Shown: positions 18,338 to 26,569 of the stretch, piece by piece
How the letters are laid out: the number at the start of each line of letters is the position of its first letter
Position numbering within the stretch: the first letter of the stretch is position 1
IMG/VR virus record: IMGVR_UViG_3300010366_000039
Coordinates: 1-31,364 of that record
DNA length: 31,364 bases
DNA from: a virus
Lineage: Duplodnaviria; Caudoviricetes
Strand: one strand, 5' to 3'
Made by a program: the position numbers and the translations under genes
Notes under the pieces: generated by a model
The model's database searches: none
Seen by the model: the letters and a program-made list of their open reading frames with translations, nothing else
What the model was told of the DNA's origin: nothing

Positions 18338-20667
18338 TACTGTGCGCTCCCATTTCCATTTGGTTGATCGATCGCCGATATCGCATGGCTCGGCCTTCCG
18401 TCCGCTCCACGCACCAGTGTCGTCTTGCGAGGCGCCGCCGCCGCCATATGCGTGCGGGCAATCATATCCGCAAGCGTCGCCATGTGCTGCGTATTGGATT
18501 CATGCTGCCGTGCCAGATGCGCCGTCAGATGGCCCAGCATTTCCGAAACAGGAGCCATGGCGTCGGTCACGATCCCCTGCCGGTCACGCAACGCAAGCTG
18601 CCTTTCCTGCATATCCATCATGTGCTGTTCGATCCGCAATTGCTTGTCAAGCTCGAACTTCTGCCTCTCCAGCAGGGCCTCATGAGCGAATTTCTGTTCC
18701 TCTGCCTTCATGTCGGCCAAGGTCTCGGCGACCTCACGCTGGATCTTGGCCTGCGAATCCGCCTGAGCAAGAGCAATCTTCCCCTGAACCTCCATTACCT
18801 TCGGATCGGGCGGTGGTCCCTGCTGTTGCTGCATCTGCGCCATCATCCGGGCCTGCGGGCTATCCGGATCGGTCACATAGGGCTCGATCGTCTTCATGTC
18901 GATCAGCTTGGCGTATTCAGCCATCGAGTTGTACAGGTTCTTGTCGCTGACCATGGCCGGAGAAATCTTTCGCAGATTGATCTGCCCATTGATGAATCCC
19001 TGAAGATGAACAAGTCGCTCGGTCTTGGAGCCCGTGCCGAGGCCTACGCTGACCGTCAAGTCGTTGCGAGTTTTCCAATTGCGAGGATCGACCGTCACCC
19101 ACTGATTTCTCAGCCTGACCGTATCTGCCTGCTGGCCATATCTCCGCGTCACGGCATGGAGCAGGTAGAACAAATCCTTGATGCCGGTCTCGGCAAATAT
19201 CCGGGCGATCAGTTTGATGCGCGCCTGCGCCGCCGTATAAAGCTGATTGGCTGCCGTCGCGCTCTGGTTCTGCAACGCATCCGCATTCAATCCCTGACCC
19301 TGCCGACTGACGCCCGTGCGCCATTCCCGCGTCGAATCGAAATATTCCACCAGCGGATAGATATGCTGTCCGATCGTCGGAATCGATTGCCATACAATCG
19401 CAGCCCCGGCATTGGCCTTGACCCGAATCGGTCGCCCAGGTGCCGAAATCAGTAAATCATCAATCGTCGCCTCTCCGGTCTCGGATTCAGACACCACGGG
19501 CCGCGGATTGTTGGCCAGATAGGCATTATCGAGCAGCGCCCGGATCGATGCCGTCTTGATCTGCTGGATATCCATAACCAGGTCAGCAATCGACCGGCCG
19601 AAAAACCGATGTGTAATGATAACCGGCGTCATCGCCGCAAACGGCATGTAATCTTCTTCAACAATATCCGGCTCGCCATCCTTGGTAAGAACCTGCGACT
19701 GCTCTCCTCCAGTCGTGATCCGCCACAGCCTAGGATTCCCGTCCCGATCCATATCCATATGGATGTAATGCTCGGTCACCCGAACACGCCGTGCCGCCTT
19801 GTTCAGGCTGAAGTCCCGACTCCCCATGCCCTCATCGACGGTATCGCGCGCGTTCTCCTCGCCAGTCTGCGACGTCTTCGAAGCATAGGTCTGAAGCGTG
19901 TTCACCTGATCCGGGTCATACCCTTCAGCAATCAGATCGGACTGAATCCTCGGAACCTCGTGGAAACAGTAGGTGCAATCCTTGATGTTGCGGGCATTCC
20001 TGCTGATGCCAAACTCCTCCGGTGGAACCGGCAAGACCTCCGCACAGCCATAGGTGCGCTTCCTGGCCACCGTAAAATCATGCAAGACCGTCTCGGACGA
20101 TGGATTCATCTCATCGCCCGGATTAACGCAAACCTTCGTCGCATGCTCGACAATCTCGACATCCGGATCGGATGCAACAATCGCAAAAACATCCTCACTC
20201 TGATCCAGATAAGTCTCAGTCTCCGTCGTCTCCTTCTGCTCCCACCTGACCTTGACCACTCCAACCTTCGACAACAGGGCATCCTTGCAGAACGTGTAGA
20301 TGATCAGAAAGCCAGGATTGCGCTGCATGAAGATGTGATTGATGTAATCCGTCTCCTGCTCTGCCGCCTTCACATCCTCCGGACCCACCGGATTGAACTG
20401 CACAATTTCATCGCCCGCCGTGAATATCTCCATCAGGTTGGGCATCAGACCTTCGACGGAATCGCTTACATCCATCGACACGGCCTTGGACCTGCCCGGG
20501 ATCGTCGGAAGATCACTCGTGACATCGCCCAGGTAATAATCCATCGCATTCTGGCGGTCAGTCGATAGCTTGCTGGCAGCCGCCGCAGACAAAGCATCCT
20601 GCTTCTCGGCATCGAGCAGGGATTTAAGCTCGGAGAGCGAATACGGATTAGGCTTGAGCTTGGCCAT
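18337..20667 (-). CDS. Portal protein
   Basis: 776 aa; RQNAMDYYLG..GRSKAVSMDVSDSVE..F.PVGPEDV..AEQETDYIN; Gln-rich C-terminal barrel; follows terL. Confidence 0.92.
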   Translation of the reverse strand: MAKLKPNPYSLSELKSLLDAEKQDALSAAAASKLSTDRQNAMDYYLGDVTSDLPTIPGRSKAVSMDVSDSVEGLMPNLMEIFTAGDEIVQFNPVGPEDVKAAEQETDYINHIFMQRNPGFLIIYTFCKDALLSKVGVVKVRWEQKETTETETYLDQSEDVFAIVASDPDVEIVEHATKVCVNPGDEMNPSSETVLHDFTVARKRTYGCAEVLPVPPEEFGISRNARNIKDCTYCFHEVPRIQSDLIAEGYDPDQVNTLQTYASKTSQTGEENARDTVDEGMGSRDFSLNKAARRVRVTEHYIHMDMDRDGNPRLWRITTGGEQSQVLTKDGEPDIVEEDYMPFAAMTPVIITHRFFGRSIADLVMDIQQIKTASIRALLDNAYLANNPRPVVSESETGEATIDDLLISAPGRPIRVKANAGAAIVWQSIPTIGQHIYPLVEYFDSTREWRTGVSRQGQGLNADALQNQSATAANQLYTAAQARIKLIARIFAETGIKDLFYLLHAVTRRYGQQADTVRLRNQWVTVDPRNWKTRNDLTVSVGLGTGSKTERLVHLQGFINGQINLRKISPAMVSDKNLYNSMAEYAKLIDMKTIEPYVTDPDSPQARMMAQMQQQQGPPPDPKVMEVQGKIALAQADSQAKIQREVAETLADMKAEEQKFAHEALLERQKFELDKQLRIEQHMMDMQERQLALRDRQGIVTDAMAPVSEMLGHLTAHLARQHESNTQHMATLADMIARTHMAAAAPRKTTLVRGADGRPSHAISAIDQPNGNGSAQ

Positions 20668-20819
20668 TATTTCTTTCGCCGCGATACGCTTCCCTTGCCA
20701 GTCCGCCGCGCCTCACTAAGCGCAATCGCAACAGCCTGCTTCTGAGGCTTCCCAACAGCCATCTCAGTCTTGATGTTGGAAGAGATAGTCTTACGAGAAG
20801 AACCGCGTTTCAGGGGCAC
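20667..20819 (-). CDS. Small basic conserved phage protein (50 aa, GTG start, absent from ORF track)
   Basis: MPLKRGSSRKTISSNIKTEMAVGKPQKQAVAIALSEARR; GGAG RBS; TAATG overlap with portal. Confidence 0.8.
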   Translation of the reverse strand: MPLKRGSSRKTISSNIKTEMAVGKPQKQAVAIALSEARRTGKGSVSRRKK

Positions 20820-20820
20820 A

Positions 20821-21024
20821 TCACTTCTCCTTCACAGCACATAAATCCAGCGTCTTCTCCAAAATGCGCTCCGCCCTCTCCGCCACCTTCACCGCAGTAT
20901 ATGCGTTGATGACCATGTAAAGCACGTTGAACACCACCAGAGCCAAAATCATGGGCGACGACTTGAGGCTATCGATGAGATTGGACGCTACCCTGCCACT
21001 CTCCTCAATCGCGCCAGGATTCAT
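20821..21024 (-). CDS. Small single-TM membrane protein (holin-like?)
   Basis: MNPG..SLKSSPMILALVVFNVLYMVI; ATGA overlap with upstream gene. Confidence 0.6.
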   Translation of the reverse strand: MNPGAIEESGRVASNLIDSLKSSPMILALVVFNVLYMVINAYTAVKVAERAERILEKTLDLCAVKEK

Positions 21025-21302
21025 GCAGCGATTGGCCGTATTCGCTTGCCACGCAATGGAACGCGCGGATTGCCTCGAAAGTCTTTCAGACCCTCTGGTA
21101 TTTCGCCCAATTCCCAAGCAACTCCCTTAGGATCGTTTGAACAAAGAAAAAGCCCATGCGCAATCTTAAATCTTATCGATTCCTCAGTATAGAAAATGCA
21201 GCCCTCATCAAGAGGCCACGTTACACCACTGTCATAATAGGTATAAACTTCCAAATCCTGCGGAGCCTGCTTGAGCAATTCAATCAATTCCATGACTTTC
21301 AT
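21021..21302 (-). CDS. Hypothetical protein
   Basis: MKVMELIELLKQAPQDLEV, a common phage N-terminal motif; overlap-coupled. Confidence 0.7.
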   Translation of the reverse strand: MKVMELIELLKQAPQDLEVYTYYDSGVTWPLDEGCIFYTEESIRFKIAHGLFLCSNDPKGVAWELGEIPEGLKDFRGNPRVPLRGKRIRPIAA

Positions 21303-21490
21303 TCAACGACCATCCCAAATGGCATTTCCTCAGGCTTGAGTCGATAAACGCGCCAACCATTGCACGAATCCCACATGGTGCCATCCTCAAAGAGAATCGC
21401 ATGTGCAGGCCGTGTCGAAGCGCCAGGAACAAAAGTAACCCAATTGCCGCCTTCAGAAGGACTGACCGCTATCGTTCGGATTTCCCTCAA
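21299..21490 (-). CDS. Hypothetical protein
   Basis: TTG start overlapping upstream stop; HAILFEDGTMWD. Confidence 0.6.
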   Translation of the reverse strand: MREIRTIAVSPSEGGNWVTFVPGASTRPAHAILFEDGTMWDSCNGWRVYRLKPEEMPFGMVVE

Positions 21491-21702
21491 GCGTCATCAC
21501 CCTCTAGCCGCCGATTGATTGACTCAAGCTCCTGTATCGTCGCAGGCATCTGCGCAAACTGAACCGCACGTAGGGCAGAAAGAATGGCCTCGGAATGGTC
21601 AGATACAAACTCCGCCATGCGGTCGCCATCATACTGAGGATCACGCGCCGCGTCGAAATCAGCAATCAAAGCCGCAAGCTCATCGGCTAGATTAGTGCTC
21701 AT
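21487..21702 (-). CDS. Hypothetical protein
   Basis: ATGA-coupled ORF. Confidence 0.6.
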   Translation of the reverse strand: MSTNLADELAALIADFDAARDPQYDGDRMAEFVSDHSEAILSALRAVQFAQMPATIQELESINRRLEGDDA

Positions 21703-21917
21703 GATTTGGGCCGCATTTCACGAATATTCAGATAAATGCTTACCAGAAAACAAAACACAGCCACCACGAAAAATCCAAAGCCAAAAAACCAACTTTTAAA
21801 TCCGTACAACGCTATGAGGTGTGCCAGAAAAAAAGCCCATCCCCGAATTAACCATTCGCCTCCTGGCATCGACTGAAGATTATCGAAAATCCGATTCGCA
21901 ATGTTTGCTATCATCAT
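21699..21917 (-). CDS. Small membrane protein
   Basis: Two Phe-rich hydrophobic segments; ATGA overlap with terL stop. Confidence 0.6.
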   Translation of the reverse strand: MMIANIANRIFDNLQSMPGGEWLIRGWAFFLAHLIALYGFKSWFFGFGFFVVAVFCFLVSIYLNIREMRPKS

Positions 21918-23239
21918 GCTACCGCCACAGGCTGGAAATCCAGTTTACGCCAAAACTTCGCAGAGCTGACAGGCTCGACATACGTCACAGCCATCATCCC
22001 GAACGCATCAGCCGCATGTGACGACCAATCATGGTCAGGCCCAAGCCCTATGTTGCGCTGACTGTCCCGACGCTCATGATAGAACCCTAGAGCATCCCGA
22101 CCTGCCTCCGTCGTCTTTGCATTGAACCATAGCCTCGACCCGAGCCGCCGGATTGCCTCGATCCGCATAGCAGCTGCGCCCGGTCCCTGATTGGGCACAA
22201 CCGTCACCGAGAACCCCGCATCCTGCAGATGCGCCTTGTACGTCTTGCCCGTGATGTTGTTCGTATTGATCCCATCATGCGGCAGAACACACTCAGCACG
22301 CTCGTAATCGTGCTTGCGAAGCCAATTGACATAGAAGGCGAGCACCTGACCAACTCCCTCGCAATAATCGAGTACTAGGATACGATCGCCTACGAACTGG
22401 CAGACCCAGATACAGAGGGCATCAGCCTTTGCACCGGCACCACCGATGTCCCAATAAGCTCGAAGCGGCAATAGAGGATCAACGGCGAGGGCGGTGATTC
22501 TTCCTTCCTGCTCTGCCTTGGCAAGCAACTTGGCGAAGTAGGCACCTGAGAAAGCCTTCGCGTACTCACCTTCCCAGATATGATCGTACCTTTCGGCATA
22601 ATGTTCGAGGTCATGCAGACGCTCTTTTTCAAGGACATCGTTCCACCATGGATTATCACGCCAGTTCGTCCGTACGACGATGGCATTTGACGGCGGATTG
22701 ATCCGGAAGAATTTATCGATCGCATCGATTTTGCGCGTTGGGTTCCATCCTGCCCAAATTTGGCTTTCAGGAAGACGAATCGTCGGGCGCAACAGCTCAA
22801 GAGAGCGTTCTGAGAAATTCTGCCCTTCCTCGATATAGGCAATGCGGAAGCCTTCGAGCGATTTGATCGATTCGGCGGTGTGATCCTGCATTCCGTTGAA
22901 AATGATCGTTCCGTCCCCTGGGGTTTCAATACGATCATGCCAGACCTTGAAAAGCTTCCCGAGGCCGAATGACTGGATTTTGCTTTCAAGGAGGAACTTG
23001 CAGGATTCCTTGAGGGTCCGTTGCACCTCACGCAAGCAGACTGCGCGAGTTCCAGGAACCATGACGCATTCTTCAACGAGCATTTCGCCAAAGAAATGGG
23101 ATTTGGCCGACCCGCGACCGCCATAGGCCGCTTTATATCTCGCCTGATCGAGGAGCGGTCGGAAGATCGGGGCTGTCGGAATGTTCAGCGTGCCCGTTTT
23201 CTCGACCATTTGCGCTATCGTGCTTTGGCTTTGGCGCAT
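21914..23239 (-). CDS. terL: Terminase large subunit (PBSX/Terminase_3-like)
   Basis: Walker A YGGRGSAKS, Walker B AYIEEG, WNP coupling motif, nuclease WDIG and HDWSSHAADAF; start may be the MVEK ATG 30 nt downstream. Confidence 0.95.
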   Translation of the reverse strand: MRQSQSTIAQMVEKTGTLNIPTAPIFRPLLDQARYKAAYGGRGSAKSHFFGEMLVEECVMVPGTRAVCLREVQRTLKESCKFLLESKIQSFGLGKLFKVWHDRIETPGDGTIIFNGMQDHTAESIKSLEGFRIAYIEEGQNFSERSLELLRPTIRLPESQIWAGWNPTRKIDAIDKFFRINPPSNAIVVRTNWRDNPWWNDVLEKERLHDLEHYAERYDHIWEGEYAKAFSGAYFAKLLAKAEQEGRITALAVDPLLPLRAYWDIGGAGAKADALCIWVCQFVGDRILVLDYCEGVGQVLAFYVNWLRKHDYERAECVLPHDGINTNNITGKTYKAHLQDAGFSVTVVPNQGPGAAAMRIEAIRRLGSRLWFNAKTTEAGRDALGFYHERRDSQRNIGLGPDHDWSSHAADAFGMMAVTYVEPVSSAKFWRKLDFQPVAVA

Positions 23240-23513
23240 TGAGAATCGTTCGGCTGATTTGCTGGATCAGGTTCAGGGGATTCTGGCCGCCTTCGAGGGT
23301 GGTTGTTTGCAGTCGCGAGTGAAGATATGGGGCGGCGGCTTTTGCAGCTTCGAACCGAAGATTTTCGTCGACGAGGGGATTTCGCAGGATATTGAGCATA
23401 TAATCAAGAGGGGACAATCCATGCTCAAGACGACTTTTTTGCAACAATTGCAGCTTTAGATCAGCTTTATTCGGAACACCTTTTGGCCGTCCTCTTTTTT
23501 TTACGGTTTCCAT
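23133..23513 (-). CDS. terS: Terminase small subunit (putative)
   Basis: GRPKGVPNK..SPLDYML..RFEAAKAAAPYLHSRL; immediately upstream of terL. Confidence 0.75.
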   Translation of the reverse strand: METVKKRGRPKGVPNKADLKLQLLQKSRLEHGLSPLDYMLNILRNPLVDENLRFEAAKAAAPYLHSRLQTTTLEGGQNPLNLIQQISRTILNAPKPKHDSANGRENGHAEHSDSPDLPTAPRSGEI

Positions 23514-23536
23514 TTGCGAATCAATCTCACTAAGGA

Positions 23537-23725
23537 TTATTTTCCGCGCCGTCCTCTGGATATTTTCCCGAGTGTGATTGCGAGGTTAGCTTCTTTGCCG
23601 AGGAGACCGCCTGCGGATTTTTTCTTTTGCGCGAATGCTTGGGTGGACATACCGGCGCGTTTAGCTTTGGCGGAGAAGGCGCCGGGACGTTTGATGGCGC
23701 CTGCGATCCATTTAGTTTGGGCCAT
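23537..23725 (-). CDS. Small basic conserved phage protein
   Basis: MAQTKWIAGAIKRPGAFSAKAKRAGMST..A.LA.TLGK; AGGA RBS. Confidence 0.75.
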   Translation of the reverse strand: MAQTKWIAGAIKRPGAFSAKAKRAGMSTQAFAQKKKSAGGLLGKEANLAITLGKISRGRRGK

Positions 23726-23740
23726 GGTGTTTCCTGAGGG

Positions 23741-23966
23741 GTGGTGCAGGGCCGATGGGTAGGACTGGGCATCGGCCCTGCGAACCACGAGAGACGCTTG
23801 CGGGTGAAATGGGGGTTCATCCCGCAAGTAATTTGCGTCTGCCATGGAGTGGGGAGCAGGTCAAGGGCGGCGGCTAGCTTGTTCACAGGTTGGATGGATT
23901 GAGCGAGTGGACTGCACTGCGTCGCGCGTTGCGCTCCTTAGTGATCCTCGGTCGCAAGCGACCTGC
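23741..23966 (-). ncRNA. Putative structured RNA leader of the late operon
   Basis: Perfect 12-bp stem 23746-57/23770-81; stem 23792-808/23816-840; GGTCG-CTTG-CGACC hairpin 23950-63; no convincing ORF. Confidence 0.45.
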
Positions 23967-24067
23967 GGGCGGCTGTTGTGGGTTGGGTTATATGACGCGC
24001 GAGCAGATAGGGGCTAGGAATACTTTGTTTGTCAAGTGGGTGCTTATGTTGTTGATTTCATTGGTGA

Positions 24068-24110
24068 ACATTGTGGCTTTTGCGAAAATGTTCCATAATA
24101 CATTGTGGCT
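24068..24110. repeat. 11-bp direct repeat ACATTGTGGCT x2
   Basis: Copies at 24068-24078 and 24100-24110 in an AT-rich divergent intergenic region. Confidence 0.7.
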
Positions 24111-24144
24111 CAATTGTGAAATCTGCGCAATTTTCTTGCTTTCT

Positions 24145-24184
24145 CGATATCTCCTATTGACATCCTCCTAATATCAGATATCTT
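24145..24184 (+). promoter_or_regulatory. Sigma70-type promoter with GATATC operator pair
   Basis: TTGACA(24157-62)-N16-TATCTT; same layout as 30561-30598. Confidence 0.7.
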
Positions 24185-24209
24185 GTATGCACCACAACGG
24201 AGAACCCCC

Positions 24210-24452
24210 ATGACAGCAACACAATACATCAACGAATCACTTCTCGGATTTACCAATCCAGACTCCTCATGTCCGTTTCTGTCCACGTCGAACAGTAGTG
24301 ACGCCTGGTATATTGGCCGGTGGCTGAATCAAACACATCGAACAGCACCGCGTGATGTACGCAAAAGCCGAGGGGACACTTGGCACATCAATGGCATGAA
24401 GGTGCGCCTGAACTACATCCAAGGGTGCACAGAGATTGAAAGGATTGCGTGA
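24210..24452 (+). CDS. Hypothetical protein
   Basis: GGAG RBS then ATG at 24210, just after promoter. Confidence 0.7.
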   Translation: MTATQYINESLLGFTNPDSSCPFLSTSNSSDAWYIGRWLNQTHRTAPRDVRKSRGDTWHINGMKVRLNYIQGCTEIERIA

Positions 24453-24514
24453 TCGCAGCGGATGCCGGTTGCGGCCGGCATCAACGGCGACCACCGCCAA
24501 CACGGGAGAGTACC

Positions 24515-24739
24515 ATGAACATCAGACGCGGAACCTGCAACTTTGTGAGCATAGCGGCCGCTGTGTCCTACTACGTCCCCTATTACGGATGCCGCATAGA
24601 AGCGGCCCTCGCCGTTGCCCGCAAGATCAGGGAAGGCGAAATCCAAGTCGGAAAGCCCCAGGTGCTTCCGGGCGAACGCCTTGTCCTGATCGACAATCGC
24701 ACCCGCTACGCCATTCTAGACGCCATTCTAGAGGTCTGA
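24515..24739 (+). CDS. Hypothetical protein
   Basis: GGGAG RBS; MNIRRGTCNF..VARKIREGEIQVGKP. Confidence 0.7.
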   Translation: MNIRRGTCNFVSIAAAVSYYVPYYGCRIEAALAVARKIREGEIQVGKPQVLPGERLVLIDNRTRYAILDAILEV

Positions 24740-24742
24740 TCC

Positions 24743-24979
24743 ATGTCGTGGATGACCGACAACGCCGACCGCTTGCGCGAGGAAGCCCAGATGCGCCGCA
24801 ATCGTGGGCAGTCCGTCGGCAAAAACGCCAAGGGCTGGGATGTGAAGCGGCCGGACCCTACCGACGATCTAGAGCTGATCCGCGCCAAGTACAAGGCGAT
24901 ATTTGCCGACCACTGGACTGGCGTTCTCGCTGACTACCAGTGGAACAAGCTACCCGATGACTGCAAAATTCCCTTCTGA
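24743..24979 (+). CDS. Hypothetical protein
   Basis: GAGG RBS; ends DDCKIPF. Confidence 0.65.
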   Translation: MSWMTDNADRLREEAQMRRNRGQSVGKNAKGWDVKRPDPTDDLELIRAKYKAIFADHWTGVLADYQWNKLPDDCKIPF

Positions 24980-24991
24980 TGGAGGAATGAC

Positions 24992-25162
24992 TTGGACACA
25001 ATTCAAGTACCGCGAGAACTATTGGAGAGCCTACTAGGCTTTGCCGCTTCACACTTGCGCGCCCTAGAGTGTCGCCAAAACACCAAACTCAACGCAACCG
25101 GCAAAATCCTGATTAAGGAAATCGTCTACCAAACCGAGGCATTGTTATGGCCATCAACCTGA
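24992..25162 (+). CDS. Hypothetical protein (56 aa, TTG start, absent from ORF track)
   Basis: GGAGG at 24981-85; MDTIQVPRELLESLLGFAASHLRALEC. Confidence 0.55.
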   Translation: MDTIQVPRELLESLLGFAASHLRALECRQNTKLNATGKILIKEIVYQTEALLWPST

Positions 25163-25341
25163 CGATCGATGAAATCCGCTCCGGCACCGTGCGGCAGGGA
25201 AACCTGCCGTGCGTGCCGCCGGAAACCGCAAAGGCCCGCGCGCAATTGCTGGCCGATGCAAAGCTCGTAAGCAAGCGCTTGCAGCAACCATGCGATCTCG
25301 GACTATTCAGCACCGAGCACAATCAACTCACCCTGCTCTGA
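25147..25341 (+). CDS. Hypothetical protein
   Basis: GAGG RBS; QQPCDLGLF..QLTL C-terminus. Confidence 0.65.
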   Translation: MAINLTIDEIRSGTVRQGNLPCVPPETAKARAQLLADAKLVSKRLQQPCDLGLFSTEHNQLTLL

Positions 25342-25350
25342 GACACACCC

Positions 25351-25443
25351 ATGATCCGCGATTGCATCGACGGCGTGCTGTTCGTCATTGCAGCTTCCGC
25401 CCTCATCTGGTGGATGGGAACCCTATCCGCGATCCAGTGGTGA
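25351..25443 (+). CDS. Possible 30-aa hydrophobic peptide
   Basis: MIRDCIDGVLFVIAASALIWWMGTLSAIQW; weak RBS. Confidence 0.35.
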   Translation: MIRDCIDGVLFVIAASALIWWMGTLSAIQW

Positions 25444-25611
25444 TCCAGCACGCAAAACTACAAATGGCTGAACTTTCCCAGGAGGATCAGTCATTGCCAA
25501 AGGCTCATGCTCAAGATTTTTGTTAAGTTTATCAATCTTTTGCTCCAATTGGTTCACTTGTCGCTGCAATTCCTGCACTGCCGCAACCACCATCCTCAAG
25601 TTCATTTCCAT
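25423..25611 (-). CDS. Small coiled-coil protein
   Basis: AGGAG RBS; heptad VQELQRQVNQLEQKIDKL. Confidence 0.6.
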   Translation of the reverse strand: MEMNLRMVVAAVQELQRQVNQLEQKIDKLNKNLEHEPLAMTDPPGKVQPFVVLRAGSPLDRG

Positions 25612-25742
25612 TGGTTCACTCCTGAGACCGGTTAGCGTTTATTCTCGCAGCCGAGGTCGCCGATGCGTTATTTTCCTACCCTATGCCCGACACCGATCTA
25701 CCGAGAAAGCCCATCCACGACCCTCCTATCTCGCTTGAGAGG

Positions 25743-26021
25743 TTACGGCTCGTCTCTCCAATCCTCCAGTGCCCGGATTCTGGTTTCCAAAGCCTCGATC
25801 ATGAGCAGACAGGCTGTGATATCAGGACCGATCCGGCCAAGCGAAACATTCGATCGCAAGGATCTATCCCGATCATAACCATGGCGCACAAGCAATTGCT
25901 CAATCCATTCTTTTCGTATTTGGTCCCCAATCTCGATTTGACGCTTTTTTGCCTCAAAATCAGGATCGGATAATCCGCGACCCAGTCCTGATAGCCATGC
26001 CGGCAATCCAAGTGCGCTCAT
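25743..26021 (-). CDS. Hypothetical protein
   Basis: Start MSALG by ATGA overlap with the nusG-like gene. Confidence 0.6.
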   Translation of the reverse strand: MSALGLPAWLSGLGRGLSDPDFEAKKRQIEIGDQIRKEWIEQLLVRHGYDRDRSLRSNVSLGRIGPDITACLLMIEALETRIRALEDWRDEP

Positions 26022-26566
26022 ATCACGGGCCTCAATTGTTCGAAATCCATTCCCACGCTGTGATCCTTGCCAAGGAATGACACGAGAATTTCCGCCCTTG
26101 CCTGTGCATTGTCCGCCGATTGCAGCTGCCCGATGAACCCGGAAAACGGGCCTGCAACAACCTCGACCGAATCGCCAGCGCACATACGCTCGACTGCCCG
26201 CGTCTGATCAAATGCCCCGACCATTTGGCTCGCCTTGAGGGCCGCCACCATGGCGACGTCGCGCGGCCCCATCCTCTTTGGTGCACCGTCGGCAAGCACT
26301 AAGTCACATACCCCCTGAACCTGCCTGATCGGTGACCATGGCTTCTCAAGCGGATCGAATCCAACGAACAGATATCGGGCGAGCAGGGGCCGTTCCTCTG
26401 CCCTCTTGTATCGCGCGTGCCTGATCCACCGTTTTTCCATCGGCAGATAGGTCGAGTAGCCCAATCCTTTTATCCCGGCCTCGGCACGCGCTTCACATTT
26501 GGCATGCGTGTAGACCACGAACCAGCCAAAGCCCGGACGAATCGCATCGAAATCGTCAATGCACAT
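26018..26566 (-). CDS. nusG: NusG/RfaH-family transcription antitermination factor (paralog)
   Basis: NGN domain WFVVYT..E..TYLP..RPLLARYLFV..IRQVQGV; KOW domain GDSVEVVAGPFSGFIG..ILVSFLG. Confidence 0.9.
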   Translation of the reverse strand: MCIDDFDAIRPGFGWFVVYTHAKCEARAEAGIKGLGYSTYLPMEKRWIRHARYKRAEERPLLARYLFVGFDPLEKPWSPIRQVQGVCDLVLADGAPKRMGPRDVAMVAALKASQMVGAFDQTRAVERMCAGDSVEVVAGPFSGFIGQLQSADNAQARAEILVSFLGKDHSVGMDFEQLRPVI

Positions 26567-26569
26567 GGT

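Noticed and set aside
18364-20568. Long plus-strand ORFs (363 aa and 319 aa) opposite the portal gene
   Set aside because: Antisense shadows of codon bias; no recognisable motifs; fully overlap a clear gene
23495-23502. A8 run at the start of terS as a slippage site, and the terS/terL overlap as a programmed fusion
   Set aside because: The run encodes Val-Lys-Lys-Arg in frame; terS/terL overlaps are common; no supporting structure seen
23890-24171. 93-aa hydrophobic plus-strand ORF
   Set aside because: Runs through the AT-rich promoter/repeat region; TTG start without a clear RBS
24708-24731. Tandem 12-bp duplication ACGCCATTCTAG
   Set aside because: In-frame slippage duplication at a gene end; only two copies; not CRISPR-like
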